A stretch of DNA of 45,249 nt from a virus, in IMG/VR virus record IMGVR_UViG_3300045988_149840, positions 1-45,249 of that record. One strand, written 5' to 3'. Position numbers and translations under genes: made by a program. This document shows, in pieces, positions 32,301 to 38,939 of the stretch (position 1 is its first letter; each line of letters opens with the position of its first letter). The notes beneath the pieces are model-generated. The model did no database searches, had not been told where the DNA came from, and was given only the letters and a program-made list of their open reading frames with translations.

Positions 32301-33685
32301 CACAGCGAAACGCCGATTTTGACGTCCTGAATTCTCAGGAAGCCATTTTGCGGACGCCGAACCCGAAAAGCGGCATGACGCAGGAGCGCAAGGGCGCGGG
32401 GATTCCTCCGCTGTTGTCCCTGTCGGTGCTTACCTCCCATGTTGCGGATTCCATCCATTACGGCACCCATACGTTGCCGCTTTTGGATGCCTACCGCATC
32501 GTGAAACAGCCGGAGTACCGCAGGGCCATGCAACGCGCCTTCGGTGATGAAGCCTATGCGCAGGTGGTGCCGTGGCTCCGTTCCATCGCCCGCCCTGATC
32601 GCACCAAGATCGACGGTATCAACAAGATGTTTGAGTTTTTGGCGCGCCGTGGTTCGTTGGCGGCGATGGGGTTCAGCTTCCGTACCGCGCTGCTCCAGAC
32701 TACGAGTATCCCGCAGTCGATGGCCGAAGTGGGCACGGGGGCTTTTCTGCGCGGGGCGTATCACATGCTTGTTCATCCTTTGGAAAGTTGGGGGACCATC
32801 CGGGAGTTGTCCCCGTATATGGTCAGCCGCTCGCGGAACATGGAGCGCGATGTGGCGGACAGGCTCAAGCCATTCAGGGAAGGCACAAAGATTTTCGGCT
32901 CGAAATGGGAGGAAGCTGCCTTTGCGATGATTCAGGCTATGGATGCCATTGTCGCCTATCCAACATGGATGGCGAAGTACAATGACGCGATAGGAAAGGG
33001 CGTTGAGCAGTCAAAGGCCGTCCTCATGGCCGACGACGCCGTGATCCGGGCGCAGGGTTCCGGCCTTGTTATGGATACCACGGCACTGATGCGCAAGCCC
33101 GGGGCTGCCCGTCTGTTTACCATGTTCATGAGCTTTGCCATGAACTGGCAGAATCGGCAAAGGTACTATCTTGCGGGGTTCCGTGAATCTCTACGGACGG
33201 GACAGTCTGAAATCGGAACGGCACGGTTCTTCTCCCATTTCGCACTCGAATGGCTGGCATCTCCAATGCTGACGCTGCTTTTAATTGGTTGGGGCCGCGA
33301 TGGGGAGCTTCCTGAACCTGAAGATGTGGGCTCTGAACTGCTCGGTTACTGGTTGATGGGGATCCCGATTGTCCGGGAAATCCCAGCCTTGTTCGAGTAC
33401 AACAAGAAGTTTGGGGATAGTGCGGCATTCAAGGGACTGAATGCCGCGGTGACGGCAACGCGCGGCGGAATGAAGATTGCGGCGGGGGAAACGTCTGATG
33501 AGCAGTTCTACAAGACGATGAAGAACACGCTTGACGCCGTTGGTTTTGTTGCGGGGGTTCCCACGGCTCCGATCTGGCGGACGGTAGAAGGTACGGAAGC
33601 CTTCATTGAAGGCAAGGCCGGGCCCCTCGCTCCTATCCTCGGCGCGCCGCCGAAAGACAAGCAGAAACGCACCTCGGCGTTCTGA
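26348..33685 (+). CDS. Giant 2445-aa polyvalent internal virion / ejection protein
   Basis: It is a single uninterrupted ORF. It contains a YHGT-GTGEG-GWGLYFA domain (from about 28967), a zincin HExxH motif (IHETGHFF, 29972-29986) and hydrophobic C-terminal segments. Confidence 0.9.
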   Translation: MSQNPFMSVEKKGVLSPSTNPFMGITLEDSDFEQSQKVSPDYDQIEAVASGDLSATGYEPDPQVIAEFQRVPQINIPEEAFAGYVPDTSAPDFSGLRAPDTAFEGYAPERMGQPSDEAQALVSSLAENFNRNAEMVFSDAEYAAQSESQQRRRQVEADLAQDLDLRARTVAETFPNPLPAVELSNKTGIPVGTVLENHREIARVYDAAQNGPTRRSALEKLIRDEPITGRWLVQQGAAMIAGLGDQLPEIGAFERLSQEMQEANRVGRLQIEQTDLLNKVFWQDNPDPADLQRIDQINWELSINQAYRQDESFLMGAYRSSFSTFVPQVAEGAYRSILGGAQAGAAAGIATSAFGPISGVSAGSAFAAGAGAAGIRYAFEMSLGEIYGSLSQLKDENGQPLPRDEVRLLSFLGALPSGALEVVGVHKALSLIPGADKLLNRATVASAQQLLSRNPSLLKAVGKGAGEALGALATEVGVETAQEGINIITEEAAKQISDQPFRLTTGEEAAERLSDAAYESLKAFVLPIGVGGGAMRVRSAVRDSRRAMNSANTLQSLSEHAANNKLIKESPSSAEQLIGQLKEEGVLGDLYVNPEAMQRVLFQSDEGLQIAQRIKVSAEDVADAMALGTPVAIPMEKAVPYLLNTAQGKELLQDSTLDPSIMSPGEVQEVTSGMTQEQLAQIEALNSFLDFVDSSIEQAQNNRESFDRIAAPYVQQMRDAGYSESQARHYGDLLAANAERMAPMYGMEPAAWLESRLQGIQLIDLNAPTQDVLDARTQRAFARQPLAERDPLLALVWGRLDGKSLSSAYNADTLKEITRARGRGLFKSREKGGIPIDELADEAVRRGLLPEGSGADELVERLKQDPSTYYQTAYHGTPHRFDAFSLDAIGTGEGNQAHGWGLYFAKERGTSERYKTGLGVNIILDGKPFYDGVRGRLESSTGNRIADDTLLAFNGNIDEAIAELQDDVDYGVPEAKEALDVLQGIKADNRLQVEERGQLFEVDIPENDVLLDEGKSYFKQSDKVRDALAKAGLGSLYNETYKYFKETFGDAAAKELDEVFEPISRGVIIGTVGPDTLRKKYGEDALDDEITAAIKSELNILIDNLWDPNGKNNAFHNGRNIYKYFSSRDKTDRAASESLNAAGIKGITYEGGQDGRAFVVFDDEAINILNTYYQRKNENNIRGKIEPTANGKWLISVFKGKKNLSTIIHETGHFFLENLRDAAVLETAPDWVKNDWAAIKGELGIKDDGFIEREAHEKFARQFEAYAREGKAPRPELQSAFNQFRAWLTAIYRSVRRLLGDAELSADVRAVFDRLLASEEDIASARKRGAPEPVIERASEALGIPTERLSAYREAVSRGMQKGQAEIALRRMREQKQVEYEARGEARDFIESAPFYRGMRDLSMSGGIDWQSLIGMATEDLAWQLREKWNAGRGKNIVQQRGGMTLDDAAAYLGVRDGTEVLAALMNEPTAREYTETHVQSKVAEWEKVYSPDFEFVNDAMDEALRVEIESLGGNAGPTTKHLRDVVDKRVGVKKGSVVDAEYKALTAAVRKQKRLIEEAVREVRREERAAARERVKTERAGQRWSDAAKNARIDELRSRLAQLKEEERLKRAALGAAYRARIERNQTTRQIRRIAQSKSIPDTFKQQILSLIAHFPGLGTERMAPRPDENRPTLLQFQEALGVEYSLDDTGGASPIASWIFEEAQRQGPRRASDLSLSELRDVYDAIKILARQGRTQDALIGMLHEQELNQAVAEAVAPMASLSETKHITADERNRLPGALRSWFRDSLANMKVMRYLFDAADGYRADHDGPNSRLIVQPLQRAASQEQELFRSFGTSLRTLLEPITSRGMHKTFSIDGVRMLPDVEREFGGQWTMERVLSVALNMGNDGNLAALQRGYNWNTQDLELITRRITSAEWRFVQSVWDLLDQLYPVINATYEKMYGIPLKRVEAKPFTVVSADGETINMRGGYYPLKFDKRFSETAQRNADFDVLNSQEAILRTPNPKSGMTQERKGAGIPPLLSLSVLTSHVADSIHYGTHTLPLLDAYRIVKQPEYRRAMQRAFGDEAYAQVVPWLRSIARPDRTKIDGINKMFEFLARRGSLAAMGFSFRTALLQTTSIPQSMAEVGTGAFLRGAYHMLVHPLESWGTIRELSPYMVSRSRNMERDVADRLKPFREGTKIFGSKWEEAAFAMIQAMDAIVAYPTWMAKYNDAIGKGVEQSKAVLMADDAVIRAQGSGLVMDTTALMRKPGAARLFTMFMSFAMNWQNRQRYYLAGFRESLRTGQSEIGTARFFSHFALEWLASPMLTLLLIGWGRDGELPEPEDVGSELLGYWLMGIPIVREIPALFEYNKKFGDSAAFKGLNAAVTATRGGMKIAAGETSDEQFYKTMKNTLDAVGFVAGVPTAPIWRTVEGTEAFIEGKAGPLAPILGAPPKDKQKRTSAF

Positions 33686-33761
33686 TAACCGCTCTTTGAC
33701 AAGGAAATAGGGAAAGGATAGAAAACCGCCGTGGGCCAGTCTCCGAAAGGAGGTTGCGCCT

Positions 33762-33845
33762 ATGGAGCAGTTCCTACTGGACGTCCTCGCCAATGTGTTG
33801 GCGGGCGTCATCGTGGTTCTCGTTGCCCCCTATCTGAAAAGGTAG
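33762..33845 (+). CDS. 27-aa hydrophobic micro-ORF (MEQFLLDVLANVLAGVIVVLVAPYLKR)
   Basis: A strong AAAGGAGG RBS lies 8 nt upstream. There is a single TM-like helix, and a long hairpin follows at 33860-33891. Confidence 0.4.
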   Translation: MEQFLLDVLANVLAGVIVVLVAPYLKR

Positions 33846-34308
33846 GCTGAAAACGAGTTGCCCCGGTAGGGACTGACCTCCCTGCCGGGGCTAAAAACTG
33901 GAGCAATTCGTTAGAAACTCCGGGGACTGGCCCCAAAGGGCGGTGGGTGTTGACGCACTCGCCGCCCTTCCTGTTTGAGAAGATAACCACGAACGGGGCT
34001 GTGGTCAAGTAGCGGGGGAAAAGGAAAGGCCGGGATGTCCCGGCCCTCAAGTTTACCTGTGAAAGGAAGGCAAGGGGGGTGAAGACATGACAAACCCCTT
34101 GGAAAAGATTATGATTTGCGATGAAGAAGGGTAGTGGCGGGGGAGCTGCGAACTCCCCCACCGGCTCGGCGTCTCACCGCCGAACCACGGCCCCACATGA
34201 GGATTGGGCCCCTCATGCAGAGTATCCGTCCGTATTGGTGCTCCGAAGGACGAAGCAAGTTTTGCATAGCACTACGAGCGGGATGGGGCAAGAGCAAGGA
34301 AGTTTTGA

Positions 34309-34533
34309 ATGTCGGTTGAACGACTGACACCCAAAGAGGCCGCACAGTATCTTGGTTTTTCGACATCAACGCTTGAAAAGTGGCGCAGGGGCAAAAAGGT
34401 TTGGGATGAGTCGAACCGGGGGCCGCGTTATACATCATTGAACGGTAGGAGATGGTACCGGAAGGATTGGCTCGACGACTGGCAAGATTCGGTTTGGGCG
34501 CTTCCCGCAAGAAGCCGCACAATGCCGCAATGA
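34309..34533 (+). CDS. Excisionase/AlpA-like HTH DNA-binding protein
   Basis: LTPKEAAQYLGFSTSTLEKWRRG matches the HTH_17/MerR-type pattern. Confidence 0.8.
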   Translation: MSVERLTPKEAAQYLGFSTSTLEKWRRGKKVWDESNRGPRYTSLNGRRWYRKDWLDDWQDSVWALPARSRTMPQ

Positions 34534-34657
34534 AGCCCATGCCTGCCCATTGCGCCGTATTTTCCCTCTTAACCTGTCATACATTCAGCATATCCGTAGG
34601 AAACTGACCTCCAAGGAACCCGCATATCGCGGGCCAAAAACTTTGGAGGTCTTTTTT

Positions 34658-35428
34658 ATGGATCTGACTCCTACCATCCCCCTCGGCGGGGACAACAACG
34701 GCGGATGGGGTGATGCTGTCGGCGCGTTTGCTGGTGCGCTGTTCGGCTCTTGGTTCGGCAACGGCTGGGGCGGTGGCGCTTACGGCGGCGGTCGGGGCGG
34801 CAACGGCGGCGGGTGCTGCGGTGGCGGTGCCCCCTCCGTGGTCATTGCCGGGAACCCCGGCGGCGGCTCCACTGCGGAACTGGACGCCCTGAGCGGCATT
34901 TCCTCGGCTGTGGGCACGCTTGGCCTCCAGTCCCTGCAGGGCCAGAACACCACCAACATGGCCATGTGTCAGGGTTTTAGCGGCGTCGTCGCGGCTGACA
35001 ATGCCAACACCGCCAGCCTGATGAACGCCACCACACAGGGCTTCGCTGGCCTGAACACTTCGATCATGACTGGCGATATGGGGATTCAGCAATCCTTGTG
35101 TCAGGGCTTCAACGGCCTGAACACCGCCGTTCTGGTCGGCTCCAAGGATGCCGCGCTCCAGTCCTGCCAGTCCACCAACGCGATCACCAGCGCGATTGAC
35201 AACTGCTGCTGCAATACCCGCGCTACGATCATGGCGGAAGGCTCGGCCACACGCCAGCTTATCGACCACTACGCCTACGAGAACCTCCAGACGAAGGTCT
35301 GCGATCTCAAGGCCGAAAACGCCGCTCTGAAGTCCACGGCTGCAACCAGCGCCATGCTTCAGGGGGCGGTTGCACAGCTTTCCGCTCGTATCGAGTCCCT
35401 CCGCCCCACCACCACGGCAACCGCCTAG
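34658..35428 (+). CDS. Glycine-zipper, QGFxGLN-repeat and coiled-coil protein, 256 aa
   Basis: A GGAGG RBS precedes the ATG at 34658. The N-terminus is GAFAGALFGSWFGNGWGGG, a run of GxxxG repeats. The [C/T]QGF.G(L/V)N core is repeated, and the C-terminal heptads read LKAENAALKS. Confidence 0.8.
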   Translation: MDLTPTIPLGGDNNGGWGDAVGAFAGALFGSWFGNGWGGGAYGGGRGGNGGGCCGGGAPSVVIAGNPGGGSTAELDALSGISSAVGTLGLQSLQGQNTTNMAMCQGFSGVVAADNANTASLMNATTQGFAGLNTSIMTGDMGIQQSLCQGFNGLNTAVLVGSKDAALQSCQSTNAITSAIDNCCCNTRATIMAEGSATRQLIDHYAYENLQTKVCDLKAENAALKSTAATSAMLQGAVAQLSARIESLRPTTTATA

Positions 35429-35438
35429 GAGGTGAGCT

Positions 35439-35921
35439 ATGAGGATGCTCATGCAGTACGGCGGGCGTGATGGCGACAGAAGCGGACGAACCGACAGGGG
35501 CGGACGTGATGACGGCCTGCGCAACCGCGACGATTACATGGAGCCGGAAATGCGGCGTGGCGGTCGCCGTCGCCGCCGCTCTGACGGCACGTTCATGATG
35601 CTCGGCGGCGGGCGTCATGAAAAGATGGAGCATGGTTTGTTCTCTTCCTCTTCCGGAGGAGACGACTTTGATCCCCAACTCGTCCATGAGACGTGTGAAA
35701 AGATCAAGGAAAAGCTCCAGAACCCCCCGCAGACGTGGTATCGCTATCTTGAAGATGATCGGATTATCCCTATCATCAAGATGGAGTACGACGAACTCAA
35801 GCGGGCAATCCATGAAGTGAAGGAAGGACATCGCAGCCCCCGCGCCATCGACAAGGAACTGATTCACCTTGCGGCGGCTCTGGTCTGCGCCCATGTGGAA
35901 CTCATGGAAGAAGAGGAATAA
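35439..35921 (+). CDS. Protein with an RG/RD-rich N-terminus and a helical acidic C-terminus
   Basis: AGGAGGTG RBS; low-complexity segment GGRDGDRSGRTDRGGRDDGLRNRDD...RRGGRRRRRSDG. Confidence 0.7.
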   Translation: MRMLMQYGGRDGDRSGRTDRGGRDDGLRNRDDYMEPEMRRGGRRRRRSDGTFMMLGGGRHEKMEHGLFSSSSGGDDFDPQLVHETCEKIKEKLQNPPQTWYRYLEDDRIIPIIKMEYDELKRAIHEVKEGHRSPRAIDKELIHLAAALVCAHVELMEEEE

Positions 35922-35925
35922 AACC

Positions 35926-36468
35926 ATGTCAAAGCTTCCGCTCCCTGTTTCGTTCTCCGATGGTATGTTCAAGTACGATCTGATCTACATCCCTGCGCTG
36001 CCCGCAGACGCCGATCCCCGGTATGCGATGGAGCCGAACACGGCAACCATGCGCGCCGTTTCCGCCAACAGCCGGGAAGTCACTGTCCCTAACGTTGGCA
36101 AACAGATGCTCACATGGGTTTTAATGGAACAGCCCGCCCGGCCCGGGTCGGCTGTTCCCGCCCGGCTCTATCGGTTCTTCCGGCTGTCAAAGAACAGGAT
36201 CCCGATTGAACTTTTACGCCCCGGTGATTGCATTTGCTACGCCCTGACTCCGCTGCACATGCAAAACGATCCCGAGCAAGCGTTCGTCAATTGCCTGTTT
36301 GGGTACAACGCGGAACCAAAGGTTGAACGCGAAAATTGGGTTTCGTCGATCTTCGCGGCCCCCGGCCCGCAGGAAGAAGAACAGAAGCAGGAAGCGGGAG
36401 TTCCCGGCCCTCCATCCCCTCAGCCCCGGACACAGTCTCAACGGCAAGAGGGAGGTGACGAACTATGA
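35926..36468 (+). CDS. Hypothetical protein, 180 aa
   Basis: The ATG at 35926 follows GAGGAA. The track ORF starts upstream, inside the previous gene. Confidence 0.7.
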   Translation: MSKLPLPVSFSDGMFKYDLIYIPALPADADPRYAMEPNTATMRAVSANSREVTVPNVGKQMLTWVLMEQPARPGSAVPARLYRFFRLSKNRIPIELLRPGDCICYALTPLHMQNDPEQAFVNCLFGYNAEPKVERENWVSSIFAAPGPQEEEQKQEAGVPGPPSPQPRTQSQRQEGGDEL

Positions 36469-36710
36469 GTGCGAGGGAAACAGTCATTGAGCGTGTGACG
36501 CGCATTGCTGACGATACCTCAGAGCGCGAAGAGTACGCCGCCGACCTTATGCAAAAGATCATCGGGGAAGGATCGGGATACTTCATGCAGTACAAGCTGA
36601 AAAGACGTATGCCCCCTCCCGAGTTCTTCGAAAAAATGGCTGGCCAGCTTATAGCTATAGCCTACGCCTATGAGGAACAGCGAGAGCGTAAAGTGGGATA
36701 CATCAAATGA
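36465..36710 (+). CDS. Hypothetical protein, 81 aa
   Basis: Its start forms an ATGA overlap with the previous gene. Confidence 0.7.
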   Translation: MSARETVIERVTRIADDTSEREEYAADLMQKIIGEGSGYFMQYKLKRRMPPPEFFEKMAGQLIAIAYAYEEQRERKVGYIK

Positions 36711-36715
36711 ATACA

Positions 36716-36745
36716 GGCCGGGGATTTCGATTCCCGGCCTTTTTT
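36716..36745 (+). terminator. Rho-independent terminator
   Basis: GGCCGGG (36716-36722) pairs with CCCGGCC (36733-36739), followed by TTTTTT. Confidence 0.85.
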
Positions 36746-36746
36746 G

Positions 36747-36775
36747 TTGCCATGTTTTTGGGGCACGGATAGACT
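36747..36775 (+). promoter_or_regulatory. Possible promoter of the Cys-rich moron
   Basis: TTGCCA, a 17-nt spacer, then TAGACT. Confidence 0.4.
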
Positions 36776-36800
36776 CCACTGCGAAAAAAGGAGGAAGGCC

Positions 36801-37031
36801 ATGCCACTACCCATGCCCGAAGAAGAGGAAAACTTGCGTTGCCCACACGGTGAGCGCGTCCAAGCCCTGATGCTATGTTCTCTGGACTGTGCCGTGTCGG
36901 GGGCTCATCCCGACAGGAAAGCGAAAGCAGATGGACGGTTCATCATCACGCCGTGGTGGTGCCTGCACAAATGCAGGTGGTTGCCAGAGCACCGGGATGA
37001 GATCCGATTCGTGGCGAAAAAGTCGGATTGA
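36801..37031 (+). CDS. Cys-rich 76-aa protein (moron)
   Basis: It has a strong AGGAGGAAGG RBS and the motifs CPHG..C..DC...WWCLHKCRW. Terminators flank it on both sides. Confidence 0.7.
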   Translation: MPLPMPEEEENLRCPHGERVQALMLCSLDCAVSGAHPDRKAKADGRFIITPWWCLHKCRWLPEHRDEIRFVAKKSD

Positions 37032-37139
37032 AGACACAAAAAAATCCCCCTCCCGGCGCGAACCGAGAGGGGGATCGAAGTATCCACACAACATATTAAG
37101 GCACCCTTTTAAAGCGTTGGGAAGACGCTTTTTGCTGTC

Positions 37140-37170
37140 TGCACCAAGTTGTTTGGTGCAGAATTTTTGT
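37140..37170 (+). terminator. Rho-independent terminator
   Basis: TGCACCAA-GTTGT-TTGGTGCA followed by GAATTTTTGTT. A weaker hairpin plus T run lies at 37113-37133. Confidence 0.8.
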
Positions 37171-37181
37171 TACCTATTGAA

Positions 37182-37221
37182 TTGACATCCTCCCCCGCCT
37201 GAAGTCGGGGGAGGATGTCAA
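37182..37221. repeat. 40-bp perfect palindrome, copy 1 (TTGACATCCTCCCCCG-cctgaagt-CGGGGGAGGATGTCAA)
   Basis: The arms are 16 bp and perfectly complementary. The same element occurs at 40924..40963 with the 8-nt loop reverse-complemented. Confidence 0.95.
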
Positions 37222-37225
37222 CCTC

Positions 37226-38038
37226 CTACGCGGCCCGCCTTTTTCTGTATCTGTCGAGCATACCGGGGTTCTGAGCGAGCTCGGAACGGAATGCGGCGAT
37301 TACATCAACATGGTAGGCATTGATCCCCTCCGGGTATTCAGGGGTTGCGATTTTCTCTATGGAGTAACCGAGATCGGTAGACATGCGCTTGAGGGCTTTC
37401 CCGACGACTGAATACATCCCCTTGCTTTCAACGAATTCCGTCAGTAACCATGGAATGGCCTTCACAGACTTGTAGCGTTTCCCTCGTCCAAGTTCGTCCT
37501 CAAGAGCGTTGACCTTGCGGACGGCGACGGAGGCGGTCGCCATTGCGGTAGCCTCGCGGCGTGAACCGATTTCGGCCTTGGTGCGCTGGTAATAGTCGGC
37601 ACGAGCCTGTTCCGCCAGCCGTGCGCGTTCCGCCACAATCCACGCCTCGGCTGCCGCGATGGGGTCGCGGAAGTTGGGGAGAAGCGGCGACGTGGTGCGA
37701 AGCTGTTCTTCCATTTCGTTGAAGCGGGCGATGTAGGCTTTCTTCATCCGCATAGCTTCAGGCCCCGTATATCCCATGACAAGGAGAACAAAGCCGTCCT
37801 TGCTCATGACATACATGGGCATTTCCTTATTCTGTTCGGTCAGATAAGAGGAGAGTCCAAAATTGGACTCACTAAATCCATCTTCATCAGCCTCAAGAAT
37901 TATACGAATGTCACGCAGGACATGCTTGTGTTCTTTCTCAAAATGCTTGGCCACCTGAAGCGAGGTTACGGCGAGGACCTCCTTGCCATTGATGGTGCGA
38001 GTGCTTACTTCAACGAGAGACTTGACAGAATCATTCAT
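37226..38038 (-). CDS. Rha-family phage regulatory / antirepressor-like protein
   Basis: The N-terminus LAVTSLQVAKHFEKEHKHVLRDIR...MPMYVMSKDGFVLLVMGYTGPEAMRMKKAYIARFNEME follows the Phage_pRha pattern. Confidence 0.85.
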   Translation of the reverse strand: MNDSVKSLVEVSTRTINGKEVLAVTSLQVAKHFEKEHKHVLRDIRIILEADEDGFSESNFGLSSYLTEQNKEMPMYVMSKDGFVLLVMGYTGPEAMRMKKAYIARFNEMEEQLRTTSPLLPNFRDPIAAAEAWIVAERARLAEQARADYYQRTKAEIGSRREATAMATASVAVRKVNALEDELGRGKRYKSVKAIPWLLTEFVESKGMYSVVGKALKRMSTDLGYSIEKIATPEYPEGINAYHVDVIAAFRSELAQNPGMLDRYRKRRAA

Positions 38039-38233
38039 ATCATCTATCCTTCTTGTGTTGGTTGGTTCTACCGACGATGAGGCTCCAACACATTCGCCTC
38101 ATTGAAGGACCCCGCTGACACCGCTATCAGCTCTGGGTCTGGACAACCTCTTGATAGCGCAAAGCCCCCGGACCTGTCAAGGAACGGGGGCTTTCTTTCG
38201 CACTTGGCATCCGTGTGATGCTTCTCCTCTATT

Positions 38234-38258
38234 AAAAGAAAAGCCCCTGTTCGGGGCT
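38234..38258 (-). terminator. Rho-independent terminator (minus strand)
   Basis: The minus strand reads AGCCCC-GAAC-AGGGGCT followed by TTTTCTTTT. Confidence 0.7.
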
Positions 38259-38652
38259 ACTTCGGTTCACGGGGTTCGGGGATGGGGCCAGCCCATTGTC
38301 CATGCAACTTGGACATCCAATTACCTACACTTCCAACACAAATGTACAAGTCATCAACCTTGCGAGGGTCAGGCTCAACCGATACGATGTGAGTTCTATA
38401 CGCTGTTTTGAACCAATACCACCCCGGCACTTTCGGCGGCTCGTCCGTCCACTCCAGCGCACGGGGCAGGGCGTTCCACAATGCGGCGGCTGTTTCTCTG
38501 GAACCGTGTTTGCTTGTGGTCAAGCATCCCCGCGTGCATTGCGCGATCAAACCTATTACGACGTGTCCTTTGTTGTCTCTCTCAAATGCATATAAAATAT
38601 GTGCTTCCTCGCCACACGCCGGGCACGGTAGCAACGTCAGTTCTTCGGGCAT
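38257..38652 (-). CDS. Lar-like (restriction alleviation) zinc-ribbon domain fused to a C-terminal domain
   Basis: LLPCPACGEEAHILY...AQCTRGC...SRETAAALWNALP matches the Lar family pattern (CPFCG...C..C...A...WN). Confidence 0.75.
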   Translation of the reverse strand: MPEELTLLPCPACGEEAHILYAFERDNKGHVVIGLIAQCTRGCLTTSKHGSRETAAALWNALPRALEWTDEPPKVPGWYWFKTAYRTHIVSVEPDPRKVDDLYICVGSVGNWMSKLHGQWAGPIPEPREPK

Positions 38653-38939
38653 GATTCCTCTCCTTCCCCCACGGCCTCGCGTGCGGCTTCCCGTACATCT
38701 TCAGGCAACGGCGGATTCATCGCGCCGGAGTCAATATCGGGCATGAGATCGATGTCTATATATGCGTTTGCAAGCCAAATGCTTAGGACATCAGCCTCCC
38801 GATCCAGCCGCCTAATCTCTTGGCACAGCCTGAAAATGATAGCCGCAGGCCCCACTTCATCGAGCGCCTTGGAGTCTCCGAGCATGTCGCCAACGGCGGC
38901 GGCCCGGATGTAGTCGAGTTCTTCGGTGGTGATAGTCAT
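38637..38939 (-). CDS. Hypothetical acidic 100-aa protein
   Basis: Its ATG forms an ATGA overlap with the stop of the upstream gene. Confidence 0.65.
   Translation of the reverse strand: MTITTEELDYIRAAAVGDMLGDSKALDEVGPAAIIFRLCQEIRRLDREADVLSIWLANAYIDIDLMPDIDSGAMNPPLPEDVREAAREAVGEGEESCPKN

Noticed and set aside
33900-34300. A tRNA, tmRNA or attP site in the hairpin-rich spacer
   Set aside because: I found no T-loop (GGTTCGAATCC-like) motif, cloverleaf spacing or CCA-proximal acceptor pairing by eye. There is no integrase gene to go with an attP. The region is left as an unassigned structured region.
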